From: Octopus bimaculoides
Lineage: Eukaryota
NCBI RefSeq assembly: GCF_001194135.2
Contig: NC_068986.1
Coordinates: forward strand, 72,975,765 to 73,026,497
Length of the DNA stretch: 50,733 nucleotides
Direction of reading: 5' to 3'
The notes beneath the pieces are model-generated. The model saw nothing but the letters and a program-made list of their open reading frames with translations, was not told where the DNA came from and made no database searches. The position numbers and the translations under genes were made by a program. Below are positions 36,241 to 48,590 of this stretch, piece after piece (positions within the stretch are counted from its first letter, which is position 1; every line of letters starts with the position of its first letter).

Positions 36241-36872
36241 GAAATTCTATTATACCAGCCTCAATTACATTCTATATTTTAGTCATCATTACTGCAAAAT
36301 TTTACTCACTTAGCTATTCCAAGAACAAGAGTAGCTTGGAAATATTTTGAAATCCGAATATTTTTTTTAATTAATTTCCTTTCTTTCCACAAAATTAAAA
36401 TTATCAGTTTTATACTTCTGTTTTTTCAGTAACTACATACAAATTTTATCATTGCAGATAATTTTACTTAAATAGAAAATGATTGTCACTTATATTAGTA
36501 TTATATTCTTACATTAATTTAAATTGCTGCTGTATTTAATTTCTAACTTCAGAACAAAATGTTTGTTGTTTAGAAGGAATTTTCTAAGGTATAAAAAATG
36601 TATGGTATGAATTTTGTCTGAAGAGGAAAATATTTAATTAAAGCATTCCATTTCTGTGTTTTTGATTAAAATGGTTCCTTTTTTTTTTCTTTTTTTTTTT
36701 TAAATGCTATTAAATTACAATATTTTGTCGCCCTCTTTTATCACCATAGCTTTTTAAGGATTGGAAGTATATAGTGAGCTTAAAAACATGGTGAGACAGT
36801 TTTCAGAAAGTAGCATTTAAAAATTTAGGTTTGACATCAGGGATACCGTATTTCTAATATTACATCTGATGA

Positions 36873-37089
36873 AGGCAGTGAGTTAGCAGCATTGTTAGCA
36901 TGCCAGGCAACATGTTTAGTGGCATTTCATCTGTCTCTATGTTCTGAGTTCATATTCCAACAAGGTCAACTTAGCCTTTCATCCTTTCAGGGTTGATACA
37001 GTAAATACCAGTTGCACACTGGGGTTGATGTAATTGACTTATCCCCTACCCTGAAGTTGCTGGCCTTGTGCCCAAGATTTGAAACCAAT
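36873..37089 (+). mobile_element. SINE family C
   Basis: Colinear with 27930-28143. Confidence 0.85.
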
Positions 37090-37429
37090 ATTAGGCTTGA
37101 TTTTATTTATTGCCTTTTAATCACTGAGAAACATTTGTGAGTTAAGGTGAGCGAGACGAGATACTCCACTGCTTTTAGTATTGGCAGATTTAGATTTACT
37201 TAGTGACTTTGCTCACAAATTTTAGAGTGGTGTGAGGTAATTGGCTGGATTTACCATGCTGCTTGATTGAAGGTGAAAGATAGTGATTTTAGCAGGATTT
37301 GAATTAATAATTTTGAAAAAAAAAACTTTATCAAATATCAATATCATGGAATGCTGTCTATTTGAATTCATATTTTGAATTAATTTCATGCTAGACACAT
37401 GCACATGCATGTGAAGTTTACTAGTTTCT

Positions 37430-37559
37430 TTTATTCTTTTACTTGTTTCAGTCACTTGACTGTGGCCATGCTGGAGCACCGCCCTTAAAGGTTTTTAATC
37501 AAAGAAATCAACCCCAGGACTTATTCTTTGTAAGCCTAGTACTTATTCTATCGGTTCTT

Positions 37560-37626
<67 letters not shown>

Positions 37627-37785
37627 CTGGCTTCTTTCAGTTTTCTTCTACCAAATCCACTCGCAAGACTTTGATCGGCTCTAGGTTATACTAAAAGACA
37701 CTTGCTCAAGATGCCACGCAGAAGGACTGAATCCGGAACCATGTGGTTGGGAAGCAAGCTTCTTACCACACAGCCAAGTCTGTGT
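37430..37785 (-). mobile_element. SINE family A with (CA)n
   Basis: Reverse complement of family A. Confidence 0.85.
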
Positions 37786-38808
37786 TTATAGAAGGAGTAA
37801 AAATTAAGATTTTATTTGAAGTGTTGACAACCTTTCTTGTGTTTCATTAAAAAATAAAATAAGGTTCACGTCTGTATTACATTAATGAATACTAACGTAA
37901 TAAACAAAATGTGTACTTTAATTATTTCTACTTTTGGTGTTAAAGAAGTGTAGAGGCCAAGTCAGTTGAATATTACATCGAAAGTGCATTTAATTTAGAC
38001 AAACCAGTTTTTCTTCATTCAACTTTGTGGTAGTAGTTTAACTGATCAACTTTGTGGAAGGGAAGAAGAAGTTAAACATAATACAATCTGTAATGTAAAC
38101 TTAGTTATTCCTCTACCCTCACCCTTTCTAAGTTGTGCAACTGTGGGGGAGGGGAGAAAAAGTCGAGCCTTTCTGATCTTGCTAAAAAATAAGGATACAT
38201 TCTGAATCTATCAGTGCTATAATGTTAGCTGAGTGGAAGTGACTAGAAGTGGCAATATATAAAACTTCACCAAAATCAAAATATTTCCAAGCTTCTTTTA
38301 TCTCAGGAATAGCCAAGATTTCAATTATATTTCTAAGGTATATATAGAACATAATTGAGGTCTGATATAATAGAATTTCTGTAAAGAACACATGCACACT
38401 AGACAGACTGGGTATGAGAAGACATTGGCTATTTTATGCTATAAATGATTGTATTGCTATTGACATAGATTATGAAAGAATAATACATGCTATATAAAAA
38501 GAATGAATTTGAAACAATAACACCAGTGGTTGAGGCTGTTGAACAGAATTTTACAAATATTAAACATATTGGCCATAAAAATGTGATCATGCAAAACTGT
38601 TGACCCCATAACAGTAAATATTAAAGCAACAGTTTTTATAACAAGTTAGTGAACAATTATCCAACATAGAAATTCTTTTAAAAATAGAAACATTTCAGTT
38701 GGGGCACTTTCTTCACATTGATGGAATTGGTAACACATTAGATATCTTCACAGTATACTTTATTGAAGTAAGTCATAAGAAATAATCTATTTAGTATGCA
38801 TTAAGTTC

Positions 38809-38848
<40 letters not shown>

Positions 38849-39301
38849 CATATTTTGTTGGGAGCCTAACTATATATTCCTTCTCTTAGTTCCAAGTTAA
38901 TCTCACTAACTCATTATGAAAGGATTAATTCATCATTAAGCTTAATGTCAATCAAAATGGAGTGAGAAAGTGTTAAGATTAATGATTGTTTTATAGGTCA
39001 ATTTGAGATTTGTTACAGATTTACTCTTTGTATTCTTGTCATTTTGACTGTTTTAATACAATAAATTCATAAATTCAACATGGGGAAAATATCTTAATTT
39101 TATTCTCTGGCAAACTTCAAACTATTGGTCCTTAATGTATCTTTCAAAATTTTATCATTTAATGTATAGAAACACATAATTGTGGCTATTGTTATTTCTT
39201 ACCCCCCTCTTTTTTACCCCAGCTCACACAAAATAGTAATCTCCAATCTACTTCAACTTTCTGGTATTTTTATATAAATTGTCCTCTGTACTCATTATGT
39301 A

Positions 39302-39660
39302 GGCACAGGTGTGGTTCTGTAGTAAGGATTTTGCTTCCCAACCACACGGTTCCAAGTTGAGTCCCACTGTGTAGCACCTTCAGCAAATGTCTTCCAGTAT
39401 AACCCCAGGTCAACCAAATCAGTGGATTTGGTAGATGAAAACTGAAGAAGTTCGTATTGTGTGTGTGTGTGTCCCATCCCACCACTTGACAGCTGGTGTT
39501 GGTTTGTTTACATCCCATTAAACTTGCAGTTTGGCAAAAGAGACTGATAGGATAAGTACCAGATTAAAAAAGAAGTACTGGGATCAACTTGTTCCATTAA
39601 ACCCTTCAAGGTGATGCCCCAGCATAGCTTCAGTCTAATGACTGAAATAAGCAAAATATA
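39302..39660 (+). mobile_element. SINE family A
   Basis: Aligns to 40755-41173. Confidence 0.85.
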
Positions 39661-40754
39661 TAAAGGTAAAATAAAATCCTGCAGGCCCAATAAAATTTTC
39701 TCATATATATATATATATTTGTCCAGAATCATGCCAGAGGAGGAGTGAAAATAGTAATTCGGTGAAGGAGAAGTAGTGAGAGTAATAGCCCTGACTGAAA
39801 GTGAGTGAGAGAAAGAAAGTTTGATAGATGAATAAGGGTTAAAAAGTCAACGTTTCAACTCTGTGTGAGTAATGTGTGTGCGTGTACAAGGGAAATATGT
39901 GAATGTTTGTATGTGTGATTATTATGTACCTTATTTTGTATCTTACTTATATATAAAATACTATAATCAGGCATCATTATTGACGGCATTGTCAGCTAGT
40001 GTAACTAATAAACATCCAACTCACACTAATGGGAAAAACAGGTGTAAAAATAGATAAACATGTCATATAGTTCACACACATCTATATCTAGATAAGTTTG
40101 ATGTAATGTATACGTTCATTAAAAAATGCTAGAATCTGAGAAAATCTTGCATATTTAAAAAATGCCCCTCCCTACAGAATACAAACTTATCTTGTAGTCT
40201 CAAGTCAATACAGTAACTGATATGTGGCTGCATTAATCTAAAAATACTGACTTAGGCTTAAGGTTATTTTTGTACTTCAAGATGTCCAAGTTGTTTTGAA
40301 ATCTAGTTTTCATTTAATTTCAAGATATGATAGTATTGAAAGTTATGCATGTTGGATACTTACTTTTTTTCTTTTCCTGTTTTCAGTGTGAAGCTTCTTT
40401 GTTCAATTGACAGTCTTATCTATTGATACTACCTTTTATTATGGTGATCAAAAATAGTTTGTGTCATAAGTCTGTTCATGGGTTTTCTCTCAAATATAAC
40501 CTGACTTAGAACTGATAGTAAAATGTTGTGGTTGCAACAAGTTGTTGTTTCAATTACCCCTGTTGTACCACTTTTGCTGTATTGAGATAGAGCTTGACTC
40601 AGTTTTTGTAGCTTGAAAATAACTTTTTTGTATTATTTGAAATATTTTACTTGTAGAAGCAATTAAATGAAAAATTAGGTCTCTTTTGGAAAAAGGTAAT
40701 TTTCAGACAAAAAAATTTGGTTGAAAAAAAAAAAAAAAGTTTCTTTCTCAAGCC

Positions 40755-40923
40755 GGTGTAGGAGTGGCTGTTTGGTAAGTAGCTTGCTTACCAACCACAT
40801 GGTTCCGGGTTCAGTCCCACTGCGTGGCACCTTGGGCAAGTGTCTTCTATTATAGCCTCGGGCCGACCAAAGCCTTGTGAGTGGATTTGGTAGACGGAAA
40901 CTGAAAGAAGCCCGTCGTATATA

Positions 40924-40968
<45 letters not shown>

Positions 40969-41173
40969 GTGTCTGTATTTGTCCCCCCAACATCGCTTGA
41001 CAACCGATGCTGGTGTGTTTACGTCCCCGTAACTTAGTGGTTCTGCAAAAGAGACTGATAGAATAAGTACTAGGCTTCCAAAGAATAAGTCCTGGGGTTG
41101 ATTTTCTCGACTAAAGGCGGTGCTCCAGCATGGCCACAGTCAAATAACTGAAACAAGTAAAAGAGTAAAGAGT
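40755..41173 (+). mobile_element. tRNA-head SINE family A, young full-length copy with internal (TA/TG)n
   Basis: A-box-like TGGCTGTTTGG, B-box-like GGTTCAGTCCC, AAAGAG tail, possible 5-bp TSD AAGCC (40750-40754 / 41174-41178), CpGs retained. Confidence 0.9.
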
Positions 41174-41656
41174 AAGCCATTAAACTCTTAAGAAAAAACT
41201 GTCTCATTGTCTAAATATCATTATCTAATAGTATGTACTTCACCATTTACGGTCTTCTTGTATATAATGTTAGCATTTGTAAGTTCCTACTTATTGGAAA
41301 TAACATATGCAAAACATTTCAATTTTCTTTGAACTTTTATTTTCCCATTTTAATTTTTAATATCTTTTTTTTAATGTATTGATTATCTAATCAATATCTT
41401 CTATATTTTGTGATAGATTTATGAAGCACATATTGCTGACATAGTTAACTATGACAAGTTAACTATTGTTAAAGGAGATTGTAAAGTCAGAAATATTTTC
41501 ACCCTTCTGTGATAATTTTTTTTTTCTTACTTTATATGCTTTGTTTCTTAATTCCATACTGTTTAAGTAATGTTTTGGTTCTACGTTAAGGCTTTTAGTT
41601 GGTCCTTTTAGCTAATTGTAGATATGTATATCCCTATAAGTTTATCATATACATTA

Positions 41657-41852
41657 ACGTAAGTGGCTGTGTCGTAAGAAAGTTGCTTCTCAACCACATG
41701 GTTCTGGGTTCAGTTCCACTGGATGTCTCTTTGGGCAAGAGTCTTCTACTATATCCTGAGGGCAGTCAAAGCCTTGTGAGTGGATTTGGTAGGCAGAAAT
41801 ATATATATGTGTGTGTGTGTGTGTGTATGTGTATATATATATATATATATAT
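41657..41852 (+). mobile_element. SINE family A 5' half running into (TA)n and an N gap
   Basis: Head aligns to 40760-40915. Confidence 0.8.
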
Positions 41853-42434
41853 NNNNNNNNNNNNNNNNNNNNNNNNNNNNNNNNNNNNNNNNNNNNNNNN
41901 NNNNNNNNNNNNNNNNNNNNNNNNNNNNNNNNNNNNNNNNNNNNNNNNNNNNNNNNNNNNNNNNNNNNNNNNNNNNNNNNNNNNNNNNNNNNNNNNNNNN
42001 NNNNNNNNNNNNNNNNNNNNNNNNNNNNNNNNNNNNNNNNNNNNNNNNNNNNNNNNNNNNNNNNNNNNNNNNNNNNNNNNNNNNNNNNNNNNNNNNNNNN
42101 NNNNNNNNNNNNNNNNNNNNNNNNNNNNNNNNNNNNNNNNNNNNNNNNNNNNNNNNNNNNNNNNNNNNNNNNNNNNNNNNNNNNNNNNNNNNNNNNNNNN
42201 NNNNNNNNNNNNNNNNNNNNNNNNNNNNNNNNNNNNNNNNNNNNNNNNNNNNNNNNNNNNNNNNNNNNNNNNNNNNNNNNNNNNNNNNNNNNNNNNNNNN
42301 NNNNNNNNNNNNNNNNNNNNNNNNNNNNNNNNNNNNNNNNNNNNNNNNNNNNNNNNNNNNNNNNNNNNNNNNNNNNNNNNNNNNNNNNNNNNNNNNNNNN
42401 NNNNNNNNNNNNNNNNNNNNNNNNNNNNNNNNNN
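41853..42434. other. Assembly gap (N) after (TA)n
   Basis: Run of N. Confidence 0.99.
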
Positions 42435-42644
42435 CCCCATTCACAACTACATAGTCCACTTTCTGTAGCAAATTCAAAACCACTGTATTTCACAAGTAAA
42501 ACTTAACCTAATTAACCCATTATATTGTTTTTACATCCATCGCTTCCTTTTGGCCACACCATTATCACTGCACTTTTGTCAGTGCCCCACTGGATCTTCC
42601 CACTGCCCCTAAATGGGCAGTACTGCCCACTTTGGGAACCACTG
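42435..42644. mobile_element. One end of a hAT-type MITE; the other end is probably in the N gap
   Basis: Terminus CCCACTTTGGGAACCACTG, the reverse complement of CAGTGGTTCCCAAAGTGGG. Confidence 0.5.
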
Positions 42645-44074
42645 ATTTACAGCTATCAGTGACATGGTACTGAGTTTGAATATGTGAAACATGCCTTTCA
42701 TTTCTTTTTTTTAAGTGGATCAATGGTGTGTGGAGATGTTGCATGCTGATAAGTGAGTAATAGAATAGCCTGTTGTGTGGAAGTGGGTGGCAACAGGTTG
42801 GCCAGGGATACATAGTAGTATGCTTCAAATGTACTCCTGAAAGTGATCAGCAAGGCCTTGACCTGTTTCCCCTACATAAAGAGCACTCCAATACATATGA
42901 TACAATATATAATACTGGAAGATGTGAAACAGAAGTTATGTGATATTGTGATTTAGGCCCAGCTGTGGTTGTAGTGTTGTTAATGCAGGGTTAGGTGTTG
43001 CATAATCAGCAAGTGCATTTGAAAGTACCTAGTTGTGTGGAGCTGGGCACTGAGGAACTCCTTGCTTGGAGGTTGTATGCGTATGTATGTATTTATATGT
43101 GTGTGTGTGTGTGTGTGTATGTATAATATATATAGTTCCTCATTGTTCGATTTACATTTTTTATCACTGCTCCTGCCTAGTATATTTTACTCACATGGAT
43201 ACTTATAAAATATTAAGACCACCAAAAGGTTATGTGTCTCACTGAGGAGTGGGTGCCTAGGTTGTTTGTTTCTTTTATTCCTTTCTGTATTGAACTCCAT
43301 GTGATATTCCATCTCTACTGTATCTTACTCACACTTTGATTTATTACATGTTTCGACTTGTCTGATTGTTTGTAACTAATTTTAGCTCTTTCATTTTTCC
43401 ATTATTTTTTCTTGTTTTTCCATATATTTTTTTTTATTTATTTATCTCTCTCCTTCACTTTCCTTACTTCTTATCTTTCTAGATCTCACAACCTTTCTTA
43501 ATATCATTATTTGTACTTCACCCTTGCTACCTCCACATCTTACATCTTTTTATTGATGTTTCTGTGCTCTTAAATATCAGTCTGCTACTAGAAGAATCAC
43601 ACTCTTGCCACTCCTGAATGAAAAAATTTGGTGCTTCTTAGCCTCTGGCTGGAATGTATTGAGATTTCATATTTATGTATCAATAATAATTTCTACTTGT
43701 TTGATGTGTATTACTACATCAATCTGCACACCTGTTTACTCAATGCACATTATTGCATCAACCTGTCCCTGAATTTTTTAAACAACTATAAACAACTACC
43801 TAGGAATATATGTTTGCTTCACTAGTTATGGTTACATTTATATACCCTCTTTTGTATATTATATAAATGATATAATGCCATACTCATGTTTGTCCAAATT
43901 TTTATTTTATTTATTACAAACTCAAGTTACTCAAGTTCTTATAGCCAACTATTGTCCTGTGGAATTATTTTTGCCCTTAGGTAGTTGGAATTTTAAGAGT
44001 TTGGGATTTTCCTAGTACTAATCTGTTCATCTGTTGTATACTTATACTAGCATCTTTGCACCTATTTTGTTTGT

Positions 44075-44120
<46 letters not shown>

Positions 44121-44123
<3 letters not shown>

Positions 44124-44880
44124 ACTGAGTTTGACAGTTTGCATTAAGGGAAAAGGAAACACAATATCCCGTCCAAAAATAAAAGTATTTTAAGAAATCA
44201 AAAAATATCAATGAGACTATGGCTGGGAGATAAGTCTACTCAAAGTAGCTGCCCTCAGTTTCCATCATGTACCTCAAGATGGCTTTGGAACCTGATGCAC
44301 ACATTCCTGTGTCCCTGGGAAAATCTTCAAGCACCTCCTTGATCTTGGCTGCCAGCTTGGCCTTGGTGTTGCAGGCAGTAAGTGTCTTTCTCAACTGCAC
44401 CACACAATAACCTACGGGATTACAATCAGGGTATAAGGTGGCCAGAAAATGGGGCTGATGAAGTCATAGAAATTCTTCAACCACTTCTGATTCTTTCTGA
44501 AGATAGGGCAAGGAACTGAATCCTGCTGCCACATATATGGCCTTTCGGCAGCAACCCTTTCTGGCTAGGGATTGCCCACAGCTTCCAGTAGCTTCACATA
44601 GCCTCAAAGCGGTGAGGATGAACTCTGATCTGCAGATGCAGTTAGAACATCTACTGTGTCACTTTTTGTTGGCCATGGCTTTGTAGTCTCTGTTGCAGCT
44701 ATGCATATCACATCTTACAGCCTTTATAGTGTTCACAGTGCACTAAGTAGCAGTCATCATGTTGGCATTTTAATACCACGGTGCAAATCAATAAAACAGG
44801 TAAATCTTTTCCAATATTCAGATGGCTTCCAGTCCTCCGTGTCAGTTAACTTTTATCAACCACAACTTTAATCATCATGA
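44121..44880 (-). mobile_element. maT (DD37D-type) element, internally deleted; boundaries approximate
   Basis: The - strand has RPYMWQQDSVPC..KNQKWL..FWPP.YPDCNP..CNTKAKLAAKIKEV, paralogous to 22841-23619. Confidence 0.75.
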
Positions 44881-44941
44881 CTGTTCACCAGTACCTCAAG
44901 CTGTTCCTAAAAAAAGGAAGCATACAAAAATCTTATATGCA

Positions 44942-45612
44942 TTAGGGTGGAGCATTTTTACACAATTTTCAATTTCATGACAGTGGTAGTGTCGAAAAGT
45001 TGTGAATTGACATCAAAATAACTGGTGTAAAATCTTAGAACTCTGTGATAATATCTTCTGTCTCCACAAACACACTGAAAAGTGTGAAAAAAAAACACCT
45101 CTATTTATTAGCTATAAAATAGTTTTCATTGCATCTTTTTGGGGTAGCTTTTAAATTATTGTGATGAAATTACTCTAAGATACAACATAAACATACTTTT
45201 TTCTTTGACTTTGTTTTCTGCCTCCTAAAAGAGGGATAGGGGTGTGCTGTAATTTACAACAACATGAAAAATTTTTTGAATTCGATAAATTACAATATTT
45301 ATGATATTTTTGCATATGTTGACGTTTTTGTGGAGGCAAAAGATATAGTCACAGAAAAAAAAAATATGTTGAAGTCATATTTTAGAGTAATTTCATCAGT
45401 CATTTAAAAACTACCCAAAGAAGATGCAATGAAAACTGTATTTAATAGATCATAAATAAGGGTGGGGTCCACTTTTCAATGCATTTGCGGAGACAGAAGA
45501 TATTGTCACAAAGTTCTAAGATTTTACAACAGTTATTTTGATGTCCATTCACGACTTTCCTGCACTATCCCCATCACAAAATTGAAAATTGTGTGAAAAT
45601 GCTCCACCCTCA
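44942..45612. mobile_element. Fold-back DNA transposon with about 250-290-bp arms, about 1 kb upstream of PITP exon 2
   Basis: TTAGGGTGGAGCATTTTTACACAATTTTCAATTT...GAAATTACTCTAA is mirrored by TTAGAGTAATTTC...AAATTGAAAATTGTGTGAAAATGCTCCACCCTCA. Confidence 0.85.
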
Positions 45613-45670
45613 CATACATGTATGCATGTATGTATGTATATTTAAGTGTGTGTGTGTGTGTATATATATA

Positions 45671-46257
45671 TCATCATCATCATCATCATCGTTTAACGTC
45701 CGCTTTCCATGCTAGCATGGGTTGGACGATTTGACTGAGGACTGGTGAAACCGGATGGCAACACCAGGCTCCAGTCTGATTTGGCAGAGTTTCTACAGCT
45801 GGATGCCCTTCCTAACGCCAACCACTCAGAGAGTGTAGTGGGTGCTTTTACGTGTCACCCGCACGAAAACGGCCACGCTCGAAATGGTGTCTTTTATGTG
45901 CCACCCGCACNNNNNNNNNNNNNNNNNNNNNNNNNNNNCTGGCAACGGCCACACTCAAAATGGTGCATCTCATGTGCCACCCGCACAAGAACCAGTCCAG
46001 GGGCACTGGCAACGATCTTACTTGGCTTGCCGGGTCTTCTCACGCACAGCACATTAACAAAGGTCTCGGTCCGTAGTCATCGCCTCGGTGAGGCCCAATG
46101 TACGAAGGTCTTGCCTCACCACCTCAGCCCAGGTCTTCCTGGGCTTACCTCTTCCACGGGTTCCCTCAACTGTTAGGGTGTGGCACTTTTTCACGCAGCT
46201 ATCCTCCTCCATTCTCACCACATGTCCATACCAGCGCAATCGTCTCTCTTGCACGCC
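45671..46257 (-). mobile_element. Young 5'-truncated RTE LINE (RT C-terminus, 3' UTR and (TGA)n tail)
   Basis: RRLRWYGHVVRMEEDSCVKKCHTLTVEGTRGRGKPRKTWAEVVRQDLRTLGLTEAMTTDRD; (TCA)n tail at 45671; CpGs retained; 28-nt N gap inside; flanked by TA/TATG microsatellite. Confidence 0.92.
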
Positions 46258-46619
46258 ACGTATGTATGTATGTATGTATATATAAATTCCAGTTATTATT
46301 TTGAAGCATGTATAAGACTGATGATAAAACATTTACTGATTGTGGGACTTAGTTGTGAGAGTAGTTAGATTTATTGTAAAATTCATGCAGACAGGCAGTT
46401 GAATCCCTAATGGGGGTCTTCAAACAATGAAGAACACTACTCTTCAAGAGTGTATATAAGAAGATAACAGAGCAAATCCTCATTAAAAGAGCAGGATGCT
46501 AATGCAGCACTTCAGATTTGTTGTAAAGATTACAATGAAAGGAACATTATAAAATTTCAAATTCTATAGAAATCATAATTTTACTCTTACTAAAACCTTT
46601 CATTTTCTCTCATTTGCAG

Positions 46620-46650
46620 TCGAGTGGTACTTCCCATGAAAGTGGAAGAG
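46620..46650 (+). CDS. PITPNA/PITPNB (vib): Class I phosphatidylinositol transfer protein, 31-nt coding exon 2 ([Y]RVVLPMKVEE)
   Basis: Acceptor CCTTTCATTTTCTCTCATTTGCAG, branch-like TACTAAA at about 46588-46594, exon TCGAGTGGTACTTCCCATGAAAGTGGAAGAG, donor GTAAGC. The peptide is the PITP motif R(V/I)xLPxxVEE. The size (31 nt) and phases (2/0) match exon 2 of vertebrate PITPNA/B as I recall them. Confidence 0.92.
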
Positions 46651-46859
46651 GTAAGCAAGTTTGATTTTTGTTTTTAGAATTACATATAGAAACTCAATTT
46701 TTAAATAGTATTATTAATCCATGATTTTTTTTCTATATGTATTAATTTTCTTTAACACGTATTAAAAAATAGAATTTTCAAGTTTTCATTTTGAGCTTCT
46801 ATCTACTTTAAAGAACAACTGTTGAACATATCACTTTCTTTTGGATTTTATAGATATTT

Positions 46860-48590
46860 ATAGTCAAAAGCTACAAAGGCAAAGGTGATACCTTAGACAG
46901 AAATAATTGAGGTATTAAATTGCTGGACCAAGTGATGAAAGTTACAGAAAGGGTCATAGCTCAATTAAGAAGAGAATTAGCCTAGATGAAATGTAGTTTG
47001 AATTTGTCTGGAAGAAGCACCACCAATGCCTTCTGTTGAGGCAACTGCAGGAGGAGTACTTGGCCAAAAATAAACCTATGTATTTGGCTTTTGTTGATAT
47101 GGAGGAAGCCTTTGACAGGGTCCCCTGCTCCCTTATCTGGTGGGCAATGCGGAAGCTAAGGATAGATGAGTGGTTGGTGAAAGCTGTACAAGCCATGCAC
47201 AGGGATGCTGTCAGTAAGATGAAAGTTGCCAAAGAGTATAGCTAGGAATTTACTGTACAAGTAGGAGTCTGCCAGGGATCAGTTCTCAGCACCCTCTTAT
47301 TTGTTGAAGTCTGTAAGGTTATAAAAGAAGAATTTAAGACTGGCTGCCCTCAGGAGCTTCTCTACACTGATGACCTTGTCCCTATAGATGAATCATTACC
47401 AGACCTACAGAAGAAATTTCGGGTATGGAAAGAAGGTCTAGAATCAAAGGACCTTGGAGTTAATTTAGCAAAGACCAAAGTCCTAATAAATAGGAAAACA
47501 GACAAATCATAGATCTCTTCAGGGAGATGGCCCTGCACATTATGTAGAAAAGATGCTGGGAGAAACTCCATATGGTGTATCCAGTGCAGGCTATGGACAT
47601 ATAAGAGGTGCAGTGATATCACTTGAAGATTAATAGAGAAAGTAGTCTTCACTTGTGGCAGATGTGCAGGTACATTAAACACCAAGAATATACAAAAAAT
47701 AGACTCCCTCAAATGTTGGCGGGGATCTCTGGAAGTAGCAAACAGTTTCCATAACAAGTTGATAGTGATGGAGGTTCTGAAAGCACAGCTACTAGAATAA
47801 GAACAGACTGGGCAAAGCTAAGAGAACTACCACCTCTGTTAATAAAGAATGGCCTCTGCCTCAGAGTGAAAGGCAGATTGTATAATGCCTGCGGACGAAC
47901 AGCTTTGCTACATGGCAGTGAAACATGGGCTGTGACTACTGAGGACATACGAAGGCTTGTAAGAAATGAAGCCAGTATTCTCTGCTCGATGGGTAATGTC
48001 AGTGTGTATATAGGATTGAGTGTAAGTCATTTGAGAGAAAAACTGAGTATTACAAGGCATCAGATGTAGTGCAAGAGAGAGAAGACTACACTGGTATGGT
48101 CATGTAATATGTATGGATGAAGAGAGCTGTATCAAGAAGTGCAGATCTGTAATTGTGGAAGGAATATGTGGAAAGGGTTGACCCAAGAAGATGTGAGACA
48201 AAGTGGTGAGAAAGGTCTTAAGACTTTGAGCCTCACTGGGGGGATGACAAGGGACTGAGACTTCTGGCGGTTTGCTGTGCTTGAGAAGACATGTCAAGCT
48301 AAGTAAAATCACAGCTGTCTTTGCATACAGGAACATCCCCTGCATCCCTCTTTTAGCTGAACAATCCTAATGTTGCAGGCTTGTTAGTGCTAGTGCTACT
48401 TAAAAAGCACCTGTACCAGTGCCACATAAACGTACCCAGTACACTCTAAAGTTGTTGGTATTAGAAAGAGCATCCAGCCATAAAAATCATGCCAAAACAG
48501 ACATGGAGCCCAGGCAGCACTTCAGCTGGCCAGCTCCTGTCAAACCATCCAACCCATGCTAGCATGAAAAACGAACATTAAATGATGATT
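46860..48590 (+). mobile_element. 5'-truncated degenerate RTE LINE (RT, 3' UTR and tail)
   Basis: KGKGD..; RQLQEEYLAKNKPMYLAFVDMEEAFDRVP; QGSVLS; YTDDL; KGRLYNAC..LLHGSETWA; RLHWYGHV; tail ..ATTAAATGATGAT; many stops and frameshifts. Confidence 0.92.

Larger units (their letters stand above)
15239..46619 (+). other. PITP intron 1 (GT-AG, 31,381 nt, phase 2)
   Basis: Defined by the donor at 15239 and the acceptor at 46618-46619. It is packed with TEs and microsatellites and contains three N gaps plus a fourth inside the RTE copy at 45911-45938. Confidence 0.8.

Noticed and set aside
40441-40460. ATGGTGATCAAAAATAGT (MVIKN), resembling a PITP N-terminus
   Set aside because: There is no phase-2 donor. 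The only nearby GT gives the wrong frame with exon 2 (IEWYFP*), and the donor context is poor.
40755-40830. tRNA-like A/B boxes in SINE heads as tRNA genes
   Set aside because: There is no full cloverleaf; they are heads of multi-copy SINEs.
34780-44880. Idea that the maT remnants at 34780-35360 and 44121-44880 are two halves of one split element
   Set aside because: The order on the - strand is wrong, and the 44-kb copy has its own N-terminal remnant.
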